Shown piece by piece: positions 1 to 12,728 of a stretch of 64,000 bases of DNA. The notes below the pieces were generated by a model, which was not told the origin of the DNA, made no database searches, and saw only the letters and a list, made by a program, of their open reading frames with translations. Numbering within the stretch: the first letter of the stretch is position 1; the number at the start of each line of letters is the position of its first letter. The position numbers and the translations under genes are program-made. The stretch covers positions 434,245 to 498,244 of the forward strand of contig JAHCIT010000001.1 in NCBI GenBank assembly GCA_026129095.1. The letters are read 5' to 3'. This DNA comes from Deltaproteobacteria bacterium. Lineage in GTDB: Bacteria > JAGRBM01 > JAHCIT01.

Positions 1-83
1 TCATCCGGGATGAAAACTTCGAATTTACTTTCAGTGAAATGGAGCGTATCCGGCGTCTTCGCTGGGAACAGGAACCTGGATGA
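1..83 (+). CDS. 3' end of probable carbon-nitrogen hydrolase (glutaminase partner of NadE), truncated by window edge
   Basis: Frame from 3 reads [26 protein letters not shown]; resembles the LRDE..T..EL.RI C-terminus of nitrilase-family genes found upstream of nadE; TGA overlaps the nadE ATG (ATGA at 80-83). Confidence 0.5.
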   Translation, partial: IRDENFEFTFSEMERIRRLRWEQEPG

Positions 84-964
84 GCGGCCGCCGCAAAGCT
101 TCTGCACTGAACGGGCCTATCAGTTTTGACCCAGCCATATGGCTTGAGCAGCTCATTATTGACGAAGAACTGACGGTACGGATTCTTACGGCATTCCTCA
201 AGGAAGAAATCTCCAAAACCGGTTCCCGGAAGGCAGTTCTGGGGCTGTCGGGTGGCATTGATTCGGCACTCGTCCTGTATCTGGCGGTGAAAGCACTGGG
301 ACCGGACAATGTTCTGGGAGTCACGATGCCCTACAGGCAATCGAGCCCACAAAGCCTTGCCGACGCACTCGAAGCAGTACGCGACACCGGCTGCCGTCAT
401 GAAGTCGTCGAAATCACTCCCCAGATTGACGCCCATTTCAGCCGTTTTCCGGATGCCTCGCGCCTCCGGCGTGCAAACAAGATGGCTCGCGAGCGAATGA
501 CGATACTCTATGACCTCTCGGCCCGGGATGGTTCCCTCGTTCTCGGCACTTCAAACAAGACAGAACTGCTGCTTGGCTATGGCACTCTTTACGGAGATAT
601 GGCGAGCGCACTCAATGCCATTGGTGATCTCTACAAGACGCAGGTATGGCAGCTCTCCCGTTATCTGGGCGTGCCGGATTCCATTGTAAAAAAGCCGCCG
701 ACCGCTGACTTGTGGGAAGGCCAGACAGACGAGGCTGAGCTGGGATTCACCTATGGACAGGCAGATGCCGCACTGTATCTTTTCATTGAAGAACGCCGGA
801 CCCGTAATGAAATTATCGCGGCCGGGATACCGGAGACATTCTGTGATCTCATTCTGAGAAAAGTGCGGAGTTCCCAATTCAAGCGGCGGCTTCCGGTCAT
901 CGCCAAACTGGGATCACGCACCATAGACCGTGATTTCCGCTATGCCCGCGACTGGGGAATGTAG
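80..964 (+). CDS. nadE: NAD+ synthetase (synthetase domain only)
   Basis: [10 protein letters not shown]-loop, [34 protein letters not shown] motifs. Confidence 0.95.
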   Translation: MSGRRKASALNGPISFDPAIWLEQLIIDEELTVRILTAFLKEEISKTGSRKAVLGLSGGIDSALVLYLAVKALGPDNVLGVTMPYRQSSPQSLADALEAVRDTGCRHEVVEITPQIDAHFSRFPDASRLRRANKMARERMTILYDLSARDGSLVLGTSNKTELLLGYGTLYGDMASALNAIGDLYKTQVWQLSRYLGVPDSIVKKPPTADLWEGQTDEAELGFTYGQADAALYLFIEERRTRNEIIAAGIPETFCDLILRKVRSSQFKRRLPVIAKLGSRTIDRDFRYARDWGM

Positions 965-983
965 CCACGGTTAAACTTTTACC

Positions 984-1012
984 TTGACAGTCCAGCGCTA
1001 CTTCTTCATTGT
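984..1012 (+). promoter_or_regulatory. Putative sigma70 promoter upstream of cobalamin riboswitch
   Basis: TTGACA-17 bp-CATTGT. Confidence 0.35.
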
Positions 1013-1065
1013 TTGTCTCGGAGCCAGTATCAGCATTGCTGAAGCTGGCGCCAATAGATAAGCCG

Positions 1066-1283
1066 TTCCAGCAGGTGTCCGTCCCGTAGCCACAAGGTTT
1101 CGAGACGGAATAAATGGGAAGCCGGTGAGATTCCGGCGCGGTCCCGCCACTGTTAGGGAGATAACGGCCCGAACGCACCCCCCGGTCACTGGGAGCCCGC
1201 ATACGGACGGGTTTCCGGGAAGGCCGGGATCTGGAGGGGCGTCCGCGGTCAGGCTCCCGAAGCCAGGACACCAGCCTGATGGA
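1066..1283 (+). ncRNA. Cobalamin (B12) riboswitch
   Basis: AGGTG...AATGGGAAGCCGGTGAGATTCCGGCGCGGTCCCGCCACTGT core, CACTGGG...CCGGGAAGGC, B12-box GAAGCCAGGACACC; lies directly upstream of a TonB receptor. Confidence 0.92.
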
Positions 1284-1321
1284 ACTTCCGATTGATCGGT
1301 CCCCCGAGGAGGGTCTGGCCG

Positions 1322-3418
1322 GTGCGCGACTTGTCGCATACCTGGCGGCCTGCTTCCCGATGGGGAGGCGGGCCGTATTCAGTGGTGGTTCTGGTGCTGT
1401 ATGGCTGCCTGGCCTCAGTCCCTTCCGCTGCGTACGCGCAGGACAGCGAGCCAGGTGCACTAGAACTCCCCTCCGTTGTCGTCGAACGTGAGCGCACCGT
1501 TGCCGAGAGTGAAAACGAGCGCGACTCGACCGGTGCCGTCACAACGATAGAGCGAAAAGAGCTCGACCGGCCCGGCGAGAACCTCGATCAGGTACTGGAC
1601 CGGCAGGCAGGAGTGAGCGCCGTCCGGCTCGGCGGGCTTGGCGACTTTTCCGCCGCTTCGATACGCGGGTCCAGCTTCGATCAGGTTCTGGTTTTTCTGG
1701 ATGGAATCCCACTAAATGCCGGGCTGGGCGGAGCGGTCGACCTTTCGGCCCTGCCTCTTTCGCATATCGAGCGCATGGAGATTTACCGCGGCTTCGCACC
1801 GGTCGAAGCCACCGCGAGTGCCCTTGGTGGCGCGGTATTTCTTTCCACCCGTGAACTGGAAAAGGAAACCCTGTCGGCCCGTGGCGGATACGGTTCGTTC
1901 AATACGATATCGGCGGGCCTCTTTGGCGGCGGGCTGATTGATTTCACCGGGAACGAAAAAACCAGAATGGCCGCGGGCCTCGATTTCATGCACTCAAGGG
2001 GAAATTTTTCCTTCCGGAACAACAACGGAACCGCCCTCGATCCATCGGACGATTTCGACCAGAAGTTCACAAACCGCGACTTCGACCGCGTGGGAACACT
2101 GTTTAAAGTTACACATGATTTCACTTCCCGTGCCCGCGGGACTTTTCTCCAGGACTTTTTCTATCGCGAAGGCGGACTTCAACGGGGTGGCGCCGTTATT
2201 ACCACCCGAAGCCGGATCCAACTGGTCCGTTCCATTACCGGAGCTGAGTTCAGGTTGCGTGACGCGATAATAAACGAGGATTCCCTCCGTCTTCAGGCCT
2301 ATTACACCTTTTCCCAGACGGAACTGGATGATCCGTTAGGAGAGTTCCGTGGATTCCCGCAGGATGAGATCAAAAAATCCTATTCGCCCGGGACATCCGT
2401 CACCTGGCGCGGTGGCCACGGGGCCATCCGGGGAACAACGCATTTCAGTTATCGGTTTGAGCGATATTCGCCAGCATACCGAATTCCCACTGTATTCACT
2501 GATGGAACGAGCGATCGCCAGTCTGTTGCCTGGGCGCTCGGTGGTGAACTGGAAATGCCAGGGGCGAAACTACTCGTTGCCCCCCAATACCGTTACGAGC
2601 ATGCCTGGAACAGTTTCCGGCCTGCTTCGACCTCAAGCCCCTTGAATCCCCAGAAAGTGCGCCAGTCCGGCGGGGGACACAGTGTTCGTGGAGGGTTGCT
2701 CTGGAAGCCTGTAGACGGGTTCAAGCTGCGCGGCAACGCAGGCCGCGCATTCCGTTTCCCATCGCTGTTTGAACTGTTTGGTGATTCGGCCCTGATTGCA
2801 GGAAACCCTCATCTCAAGCCCGAAAAAGGATTAAATCTGGATGCCGGCTTTGAGCTCGCCCGAAATCACGAACTGATAGCTGCAAAGGCAGGCATTGCCT
2901 TCTTTTATCAGGATGTGGACAACCTCATCCAGTTCGTCAGGACGCTTGTCCTGACCCGGCCGGAAAATGTGGACAGAGCGACTATCAAAGGTGTCGAGTC
3001 ATCACTTTCCGTCACCGCCCTTGAGGCATTCAGGCTTGATGCCACTCACACCTGGCTCACCAGCCGAATCCGGTCGAAGGTCGCGGCCCGCGATGGCCGT
3101 AAAATCCCGTTTCGGCCGCCGAACCAGTGGCTTCTTAGGGGAGCGGCATTCCGTGAACGGCTATTCAGCTGGATGACTCGGGCCGAGTTATGGACCGAAA
3201 TGGAGTTCACATCCAGCCATTTCGTCGATGGAAACAATATGGTTTCGGTCCCTGAGCGGCGAATACTCGGTGCCGGACTTGAACTGAAAATGCTGGACGA
3301 CCGGCTCGAACTGGCTTTTGACGGCCGGAACTTGACGAACGAACAGGTGATGGATGTCGTGGGTTTTCCCTTGCCCGGCCGGACGTTCTTCGGCCGTCTG
3401 GGATGGAAATTCCTGTAG
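1322..3418 (+). CDS. btuB: TonB-dependent receptor, probable cobalamin transporter (BtuB-like)
   Basis: Signal peptide, TonB box (LPSVVV), plug SIRGS..QVLVFLDGIP, FRFPSLFELF, GNPHLKPEKG, C-terminal PGRTFFGRLGWKF; riboswitch upstream; GTG start chosen after GAGGAG. Confidence 0.85.
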   Translation: MRDLSHTWRPASRWGGGPYSVVVLVLYGCLASVPSAAYAQDSEPGALELPSVVVERERTVAESENERDSTGAVTTIERKELDRPGENLDQVLDRQAGVSAVRLGGLGDFSAASIRGSSFDQVLVFLDGIPLNAGLGGAVDLSALPLSHIERMEIYRGFAPVEATASALGGAVFLSTRELEKETLSARGGYGSFNTISAGLFGGGLIDFTGNEKTRMAAGLDFMHSRGNFSFRNNNGTALDPSDDFDQKFTNRDFDRVGTLFKVTHDFTSRARGTFLQDFFYREGGLQRGGAVITTRSRIQLVRSITGAEFRLRDAIINEDSLRLQAYYTFSQTELDDPLGEFRGFPQDEIKKSYSPGTSVTWRGGHGAIRGTTHFSYRFERYSPAYRIPTVFTDGTSDRQSVAWALGGELEMPGAKLLVAPQYRYEHAWNSFRPASTSSPLNPQKVRQSGGGHSVRGGLLWKPVDGFKLRGNAGRAFRFPSLFELFGDSALIAGNPHLKPEKGLNLDAGFELARNHELIAAKAGIAFFYQDVDNLIQFVRTLVLTRPENVDRATIKGVESSLSVTALEAFRLDATHTWLTSRIRSKVAARDGRKIPFRPPNQWLLRGAAFRERLFSWMTRAELWTEMEFTSSHFVDGNNMVSVPERRILGAGLELKMLDDRLELAFDGRNLTNEQVMDVVGFPLPGRTFFGRLGWKFL

Positions 3419-3462
3419 CCAAAGAGAAGTGCATTGAGCGTTACAAACAAAAGGGGAGACCA

Positions 3463-4770
3463 ATGAAACACGTTAAACAGGCCATGTTATTCCATCTTTT
3501 TATTTCACTGGCAGCCTGCGAAGGCGATACTGCCCCGGGCACTCCTTCCGTGACGCTGGAACCCGGGTCTTACATGGCGGTCGTGACGACTGATTACAGC
3601 GTGTCCGCTGTCGGTGTATTGAACCGGGCAAATGGCGAACTTGTCAGTGAAGCAGTCCTGAGCTCTTCAACTAATTCGCCGGAAATTACCTTGCCGCTTA
3701 GCGGCGATGTTTCGTTGCCCAGTGATCCACCGCCTCCTGGCATTCTGTTTGTCATTGACCGGGGAGGAAGCAACAATAACATCAATGTGCTCGAAACCAC
3801 ACACATGACTGTCCTGGCGCAGATTCCCGTCGGAACCAGCACATTAGGTCCCTGGTATGCCAATCCGCACGATACGCTTCTCGTGAATGATTCCCGGCTG
3901 TATGTCACCCGGTATCAGGCCAATCCGAGTCCCTCGGCGGGTGCCGTCGACATGGATGAAGGCGATGATATCGTCATTGTAGATACAACTACACTCCAGA
4001 TCGTCAAGCAGATCCGGTTCAACTCCATTCTTGACCCCTGGTCTGGCGAACGGGCCAATCCGGACCGGATAGTTCGGGCAGGCAACCATGTCGTGTCTAC
4101 CCTTGGGCATTTTACCAATGCCAGCTTTAGCGCCTCAGGCAATGGACTTGTGGCGGTCATTGACACAGCAACAGAAGCACTGGTCGACGCTGATCCCGTG
4201 TCCGAAGGTACACAACTTCTGGAAATTACCGAGTTCAAGAACTGCGGCCCAATCCAGTACCTGTTCGATGAACCCGCCATCTATGTTGCCTGTTCCGGAC
4301 TGTTTGCTGACGGGCGGGATACTCAAATCGGGCGGTCGGGGGTTGTCAGGATTGATCTCACACCGCTTCCAGACAACGCCGCTGCGTATACCGTGGTTCT
4401 TGAAGGAGAAAACGAAGAAATCGGACAACCGGTCTCCAACCTGCTCGTTGTAGATGCAGAGACCGCATTCATCCTGACCTATGGCAATTTCTTTGGTCCT
4501 TTCGAATCGGACCAGCTCATCCGGTTCAATCCAAATGAACCAGAATTGGCGCCCGAGCTGGTATTCTCTGCCAGCGGCCCTTTCCAACTCGGCAGCCTTT
4601 CCTATGATGCCAGCACTCAGATCCTCTATGTAACTGATACGCCATTCGGCGGCGATCCGCTGATTCGCAGGTTTCAGCTCGGAATAGAAATCACCGAACT
4701 AGAGGGTATCAACCCTTCACCTGGCAACGGCCTCGCCCCAACGGCTCTGGGGCAGTTTGAGGTGGAATAA
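3463..4770 (+). CDS. Acidic beta-propeller lipoprotein (YncE/BtuG-like)
   Basis: AAGGGGAG RBS, lipobox LAAC, propeller-like motifs (NPHD..LYVTRY, IYVACSG); follows btuB. Confidence 0.7.
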   Translation: MKHVKQAMLFHLFISLAACEGDTAPGTPSVTLEPGSYMAVVTTDYSVSAVGVLNRANGELVSEAVLSSSTNSPEITLPLSGDVSLPSDPPPPGILFVIDRGGSNNNINVLETTHMTVLAQIPVGTSTLGPWYANPHDTLLVNDSRLYVTRYQANPSPSAGAVDMDEGDDIVIVDTTTLQIVKQIRFNSILDPWSGERANPDRIVRAGNHVVSTLGHFTNASFSASGNGLVAVIDTATEALVDADPVSEGTQLLEITEFKNCGPIQYLFDEPAIYVACSGLFADGRDTQIGRSGVVRIDLTPLPDNAAAYTVVLEGENEEIGQPVSNLLVVDAETAFILTYGNFFGPFESDQLIRFNPNEPELAPELVFSASGPFQLGSLSYDASTQILYVTDTPFGGDPLIRRFQLGIEITELEGINPSPGNGLAPTALGQFEVE

Positions 4771-5115
4771 CTACGTCAATTCCCGGTAACCGGGCGTCCG
4801 GTAAGCATCATAAGCCCGCTTGAAAAAGTCACGCGCCTCTTCACGCGTGACTTTTTCAGCCAGTTTGGGTTTACCCAGCATGAGCAGATAAACATGGGTA
4901 TCGTCGTTGGTGGTTCCAAATCCACCGTAAAATTCGAACTGGCCGATCATGAAATCGAACCAGAGTATCCGGAAAACAGACCGGAGAAACCAGTGTGTCG
5001 GCAGTCTGGCTTCCCGCCCGAGTCCACGGATCGTCACGGTAACGCCATCGGAACTGAACGTGAAACTGCCCAATTTCATTTCAGGATAGACCTGGTGTGC
5101 AGCGACCGAAGTCAT
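4771..5115 (-). CDS. Hypothetical protein, translationally coupled to upstream cupin dioxygenase-like gene
   Basis: ATGA overlap at 5112-5115; 114 aa. Confidence 0.6.
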   Translation of the reverse strand: MTSVAAHQVYPEMKLGSFTFSSDGVTVTIRGLGREARLPTHWFLRSVFRILWFDFMIGQFEFYGGFGTTNDDTHVYLLMLGKPKLAEKVTREEARDFFKRAYDAYRTPGYRELT

Positions 5116-6194
5116 CCATTCACCACCTTATGGAGCGGAAATCCACCTACCACTTCGGCACGGACACCTGCATTAGGCTCTCCGGCAACCGACTTTCGCA
5201 TCCACAAAAGAGCCGCATGGTTTTCCGGTTCTGGAATCACAAACCGGAAGCTAATGCCAGCAGGAACCCGGATTACATCCGCTTCGCCCATCTGCGAACA
5301 GGCGACTCTTTTGCCGGCGGCATTGAAAAACTCCACCTTCGGCCTGCCGAAATAGGCGATGAGATAAGAATGCGTGTCGCTTTCAAACGTGTTGCCAGTA
5401 GTGCCATCGGTAACGAAAAAATCGAGCGTTGCCGTTCCAACACGGGCGACTGCCTCGGGATTTTCCATCTCGCGGTCCGACTCTATTGACATACCGATGA
5501 GGCTCCGGGCCCCGATCCGCCCTTCGGTACGGCTGGGAATATCGTGATGGATCTTGATTTCGCCAACCTTCACCTTCGCAAACTGTGGCAACCGGTTACC
5601 GGACCATTCTTTCATGCTCACGGATTTCGTGGGTGCAAGCGTTTCGTTGTAGTCCACTTGCCCGGCCGAACAGAAAACCACGGCGAACAGCTTGCGCCGT
5701 ATTTCGTCAGGCGGGATGAAAATTTTTTCGGGCTCCTTTAGCTTGCCCGGCCAGTGGGACATTCCCACCGGATGTACAGTCATGGCTCCGTTGGTGGCCT
5801 TCACGTAGCCCAGCTGCTCCGCGGTATCAGTGTCGGTATATACCGTACGACCCGGAAAAGTATCGACCATCTCGTCACCGGTCGGGAACAGTATGTTGTA
5901 CTCATCGCCCCAGTTGCTGTGGCCGAAATAAAGCGGCTCGCTCGCCGTACTCATTTCAATCACCGTATTATCAATACGCATGACTATTTCGAGCACATGC
6001 TCCAGATGATTGGCTGCACCGGCAAACGCCCTGAGATTGAAATGGCCGAACTTGTCCTTGTGCGGGTCTTCAGGCGTACGAAACGGTTCGATAGGGCCTG
6101 ATTGCACATCCGGTTCAAGCGCCAGAGATCCCGGCTCGATCTTCCAGTGCTTGCAGGAAACATGATAGTTGCCCACGGACAAATCACTCCTCAA
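5112..6194 (-). CDS. Homogentisate 1,2-dioxygenase-like bicupin with swapped domain order
   Basis: GHSNWGDE (HxxxxxE) and HPVGMSHWP (HxxxxxH) metal-ligand spacing as in HmgA; second cupin motif GEADVIRVPAGISFRF near the C-terminus. Confidence 0.65.
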   Translation of the reverse strand: MRSDLSVGNYHVSCKHWKIEPGSLALEPDVQSGPIEPFRTPEDPHKDKFGHFNLRAFAGAANHLEHVLEIVMRIDNTVIEMSTASEPLYFGHSNWGDEYNILFPTGDEMVDTFPGRTVYTDTDTAEQLGYVKATNGAMTVHPVGMSHWPGKLKEPEKIFIPPDEIRRKLFAVVFCSAGQVDYNETLAPTKSVSMKEWSGNRLPQFAKVKVGEIKIHHDIPSRTEGRIGARSLIGMSIESDREMENPEAVARVGTATLDFFVTDGTTGNTFESDTHSYLIAYFGRPKVEFFNAAGKRVACSQMGEADVIRVPAGISFRFVIPEPENHAALLWMRKSVAGEPNAGVRAEVVGGFPLHKVVNG

Positions 6195-6302
6195 ATAGAG
6201 ATTCCCTGCACTGACATCAATGTCAGCCAGACCGGTCCTACTTAGACAGATTGAAGCCTTTAGCCAAGAGGAGCCACCGGACTGGATTGGGATACCTTAC
6301 TG

Positions 6303-6719
6303 TTACCGTCTCTTCGCCCGGACTTTCACTTCCATCCCGGGAGCAGCAGGATCTTCTTTGGCCTTGAAGTCCACCTCCGCCGTCAGTGTAACAGTAACAT
6401 TTTGCAATGCGGCCTGAAGCAGTTCCACGGGATCACGGTCCTTGAGAAGCGTACTGGCCACTTCGCGGGCAATGGCATTGAACAGTTCTTCCTTGGTCTG
6501 CTTCGACTGGTTGATGAAATAGCTGACTGCATCTCCTGGCACCTTGATATCAGCCAACGCCCGCCGCACCGAATCTTCTGTCATGAAGACCGCGCCAAGC
6601 GACGTGTATATCGCCTTTTTGACGCTGTCAGGGACAATACCGTCCAAACGGTCACCCAGCCGGCGGCGGCCTTCCCGCTCGTCCCTCTGGCCTGAATCCG
6701 AATCGTGTTCCGGCATCAT
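6303..6719 (-). CDS. Conserved hypothetical helical protein (phasin-like)
   Basis: KKAIYTSLGAVFMTED...KEELFNAIAREV pattern; GAGG RBS. Confidence 0.6.
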   Translation of the reverse strand: MMPEHDSDSGQRDEREGRRRLGDRLDGIVPDSVKKAIYTSLGAVFMTEDSVRRALADIKVPGDAVSYFINQSKQTKEELFNAIAREVASTLLKDRDPVELLQAALQNVTVTLTAEVDFKAKEDPAAPGMEVKVRAKRR

Positions 6720-6780
6720 TCACCTCGCTTCCGTACTCCAAAGAGTAGACCATTTCAGCCAAACTCCCTAACATGGGCCA

Positions 6781-7794
6781 GTGAAACCCTTGCTAGCCCG
6801 TGCCACCTTCACCGCCCTTTTTGCCGTCGCTTTGGCTTTCAGCCCACTTCAATCCCAAATGGTACCTCAGCCAGACGCCGAAGCGAAGGCTAAGGGGGAG
6901 CAGATATTCCGCCGGGGACAGAGGTGCTATGAGGAACTGAACTACAGTTGCGCGGAAACCAGCTTCCGCGAGGCGTTAAACTATTCCCGTGATCCACAAT
7001 ATCACGTTTTTCTGGCCTATACTTACGCGGCCACCGACCGCCAGCGGCTGGCCGTGGACGAATTCAAAAAGTCTCTGGAACTGAACCCTGACTTCACGGT
7101 AGACAGTGAAACCCAGTCGCCCAAAATTGTCCGGGCCTGGGAGCTCGCCCGCTCTGAAATCGAATCAGAAAAGGAAGCAGCCCGGCAAAGCGTCATCCGG
7201 AAAGGAACGGCTTTTCTGGATGAACTCTTTCGAGAAACGATTTCTACTGTCGCCAAGCCGTTTCTTCCGGAAAAACCCCAGGGGCTCATGTGGGGTGACG
7301 TGCCCCTGGCACGCAAAAGCCGGTATACCATCGCGGCCGGTTTCAACGTGCCGGTTGATGACCGGTATGCTGGCCGGAATGATGCCTTTGAGCCGGATAT
7401 CGCACTTATGGGAGCCTATACCTATCACCCTGAAATTAATCATTTCGCTTTTGGCACGCGGGTGATTTATTCCCGCAACAAGCAACGGGACGCGACGGGG
7501 CCCGTATCGCTCGATATCGTCAGCGCCTCGGGGTTTCTGGAGCTGCATCATCCTGTTGAAGTATTCCTGCTTTTCGGCAGAGCAGAGGCAGGTGCTGTCT
7601 TTTCTGGAATCGACAATATACGGGACAAAACCGGCCTGCTGGCCGGGGGATCAGCGGGTGTTGCAGCCTTGGTCACCGACCGCGTATCGCTGGAAATTTC
7701 CACCACTTTTCAGGCCATGTTCGGAGCCGGTGTTCCCGGCCGGAATCCGAGTTATCGGGCACCATTCTTCTTTGGCCTGAACTACCTGTACTGA
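6781..7794 (+). CDS. Secreted TPR protein with C-terminal outer-membrane beta-barrel
   Basis: Signal peptide, TPR motifs (FKKSLELNPDF), alternating beta-strands ending FFGLNYLY. Confidence 0.65.
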   Translation: MKPLLARATFTALFAVALAFSPLQSQMVPQPDAEAKAKGEQIFRRGQRCYEELNYSCAETSFREALNYSRDPQYHVFLAYTYAATDRQRLAVDEFKKSLELNPDFTVDSETQSPKIVRAWELARSEIESEKEAARQSVIRKGTAFLDELFRETISTVAKPFLPEKPQGLMWGDVPLARKSRYTIAAGFNVPVDDRYAGRNDAFEPDIALMGAYTYHPEINHFAFGTRVIYSRNKQRDATGPVSLDIVSASGFLELHHPVEVFLLFGRAEAGAVFSGIDNIRDKTGLLAGGSAGVAALVTDRVSLEISTTFQAMFGAGVPGRNPSYRAPFFFGLNYLY

Positions 7795-7882
7795 ACATTG
7801 CGACGGAACAGAGGCTTGCCCTCTACGCATTTCACAACGAGACTGTCAGCTCTGCGGCCTTAGTGAAAGGAAGCCTTATCCC

Positions 7883-8905
7883 ATGCGTCAGGTCTGGATA
7901 ACCAAAGCCGGAGAACCGGAAGTATTGAAAGTTAGAGAGGCTACCGATCCTGAACCCAAGGCCGGGGAAATCCGAATCCGAGTAGAAGCGGCTGGCATCA
8001 ATTTCGCCGATATCATGGGAAGAATGGGAATGTACCCGGACCTTCCGGGCATTCCCATCGTTGTTGGCTATGAGGTCGCCGGCAAGGTGGACATGGCAGG
8101 AGAAGGCGTGGACAGGGGATGGATCGGCAAGAATGTGTTCGCCATGACCCGTTTCGGTGGCTATTCGGACATGGTATGCGTTCCGGAGCGCCAGGTATTT
8201 GCTCGACCCGCTGCCATGAGCGCCCTAGAGGGAGCTGCCTTTCCGGTTGTCTATTTCACTGCATGGCAGCTCATTGTTGTAATGGGCGCCCTCAAGAAGG
8301 GCGAAACCATCCTGATTCATTCAGCTGGTGGAGGTGTTGGCATCGCCGCCATACAGATCGCCCGCCACATCGGGGCGACCATTATCGGCACGGCCTCCAA
8401 GGGAAAACATGACTATCTGAAAACCATCGGCGTGCATCACTGCATCGACTACCGGACCGAGGACTTTGAAAAGCGTGTCAGGGAAATCACAAATGGCCGT
8501 GGAGTTGAGCTTATTATCGATGCCGTTGGTGGTGATTCGTTCAAGAAGGGATTCCGCATACTTGCCCCCACCGGACGACTCGGTATGTTCGGAATGTCAG
8601 AAGCTGCCACGGGAAAGACCCGGAGCATTATCGACCTGCTCAAGATGGTCGCAGGCATGCCGTGGCTCCAGATCAATCCAGTAACTTTGATGAATGAGAA
8701 CAAGGCGGCTTTCGGTGTCAACATGGGACATATGTGGGGCGAGGTCGAGCGGCTCAGGAACTGGGGCGAGGAAATGCTTGTCCTTTATGAGCGCGGAATC
8801 CTGAAACCGGTTGTAGACAAGACTTTTAGTTTTGCTGATGCACCGAAAGCGCACCATTACATCCAGGACCGGAAAAATACGGGCAAAGTGCTTCTGGTGC
8901 CCTGA
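7883..8905 (+). CDS. NADPH:quinone oxidoreductase, MDR family (VAT-1-like)
   Basis: GINFADIMGRMG, GYEVAG, HSAGGGVG, RKNTGKVLL. Confidence 0.9.
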   Translation: MRQVWITKAGEPEVLKVREATDPEPKAGEIRIRVEAAGINFADIMGRMGMYPDLPGIPIVVGYEVAGKVDMAGEGVDRGWIGKNVFAMTRFGGYSDMVCVPERQVFARPAAMSALEGAAFPVVYFTAWQLIVVMGALKKGETILIHSAGGGVGIAAIQIARHIGATIIGTASKGKHDYLKTIGVHHCIDYRTEDFEKRVREITNGRGVELIIDAVGGDSFKKGFRILAPTGRLGMFGMSEAATGKTRSIIDLLKMVAGMPWLQINPVTLMNENKAAFGVNMGHMWGEVERLRNWGEEMLVLYERGILKPVVDKTFSFADAPKAHHYIQDRKNTGKVLLVP

Positions 8906-8913
8906 CCGGTCAG

Positions 8914-9993
<1,080 letters not shown>

Positions 9994-10036
9994 CTACTTC
10001 AATCTTTAGAGCCCCGCGCCCTCAAGGGCAAACCGG

Positions 10037-11248
10037 CTATCCCGGCACTACGCGGAGTGCCTGTTCCAGATCGTCAATCAGATCCTGCGTATCCTCGACG
10101 CCCACGGCATAGCGGACAAGCTGGTCGGAAATACCAACTGCCTGCCGTTCCTCAGTCGAGAGCTCATAAAAGCTCATCAATGAGGGTTGCTCGACAAGAC
10201 TCTCCGTGCCACCCAGTGATGGTGCGATATAGGGAATCTGGCAGGCATCGATGAACCTGGATATCTGCTCCAGACTGGCCTTCACCTCGAATGACACCAC
10301 ACCACCAAAGCCTTTCATTTGTGCAGCTGCAACCTTGTGGTTGTGATGGCTTTCCAGCCCCGGATAGTAAACCTGGGCTATCTTGGGATGCTTTTCCAGA
10401 TAACGGGCAATAGCCAGAGCCGATTCGTTCTGGCGGACCATACGGAGCGGGAAGGTCTTGAGCCCCCGGATCAGCAGATAGGCTGCCTGTGGATCTGGCA
10501 CACCACCCATGACGCCCTGGAATTTCCGGATACCATCCACGAAATCACGCTTTCCGCAGATGACTCCGGCAAGCAGGTCGTTATGCCCACCCAGATATTT
10601 CGTGGCTGAGTGCATAACCAGATCGACCCCGTAGTCGAGCGGGGTCTGGTTCAGCGGCGTGGCGAATGTAGAATCAATAATCACCTTGATCCGGTGGCGG
10701 CGGGCGATATCCACCACCTTGGGCAGATCAATAACGTTCATGTAGGGATTGGTCGGTGACTCTGAGAATAGCAGCTTAGTCTTCGGTGTAATGGCCTTTT
10801 CCAGTGCCTCATAGTCACGGGGATCAACAACCGAGGTCTCTACACCGAACTTCGCCAATGTCTGCAGACAGAACTGCCGGGTACGCCGGTAAGAATCAGC
10901 TGTCAGGATCATGTGGTCGCCGCTCTTAAGCAGGGCCAGAAGCGTGGATGTCACGGCGTTCATGCCGGAAGCAAACAAAAGCGCGTCTTCAGCGTGGTCG
11001 AGCGCAGCGAGCTTCATTTCCGCAGTACGGGTCGTGGGGTTGCCGTACCGGCCATATTCCATCCGGTCGAGCTTGCCTTCCATATAGTCACACAGCTCCT
11101 GCGTGTTTTCGAACACGTAGGTCGAAGCATGATAAACCGCTGTTGAAATCGAGTGAGCCGCTTTCTTGCGCGGCTCGCCGCCATGAACAGCAAGCGTAGA
11201 AATTCCTGGTTTCTTGTCACTCATATTGATGCTCATTATCCCCGGCAA
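10037..11248 (-). CDS. metB: Cystathionine gamma-synthase (plant-like)
   Basis: YGRYGNPT, ESPTNP, DSTFATP, HSATKYLGGHND (PLP Lys), APSLGGTESL. Confidence 0.85.
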   Translation of the reverse strand: MPGIMSINMSDKKPGISTLAVHGGEPRKKAAHSISTAVYHASTYVFENTQELCDYMEGKLDRMEYGRYGNPTTRTAEMKLAALDHAEDALLFASGMNAVTSTLLALLKSGDHMILTADSYRRTRQFCLQTLAKFGVETSVVDPRDYEALEKAITPKTKLLFSESPTNPYMNVIDLPKVVDIARRHRIKVIIDSTFATPLNQTPLDYGVDLVMHSATKYLGGHNDLLAGVICGKRDFVDGIRKFQGVMGGVPDPQAAYLLIRGLKTFPLRMVRQNESALAIARYLEKHPKIAQVYYPGLESHHNHKVAAAQMKGFGGVVSFEVKASLEQISRFIDACQIPYIAPSLGGTESLVEQPSLMSFYELSTEERQAVGISDQLVRYAVGVEDTQDLIDDLEQALRVVPG

Positions 11249-11265
11249 AGAACGAACTGGACGGA

Positions 11266-12681
<1,416 letters not shown>

Positions 12682-12728
12682 CTATCACGTAGAACCTGCG
12701 GTGCAAGCGCGGGATGATCCCGCCCCGT

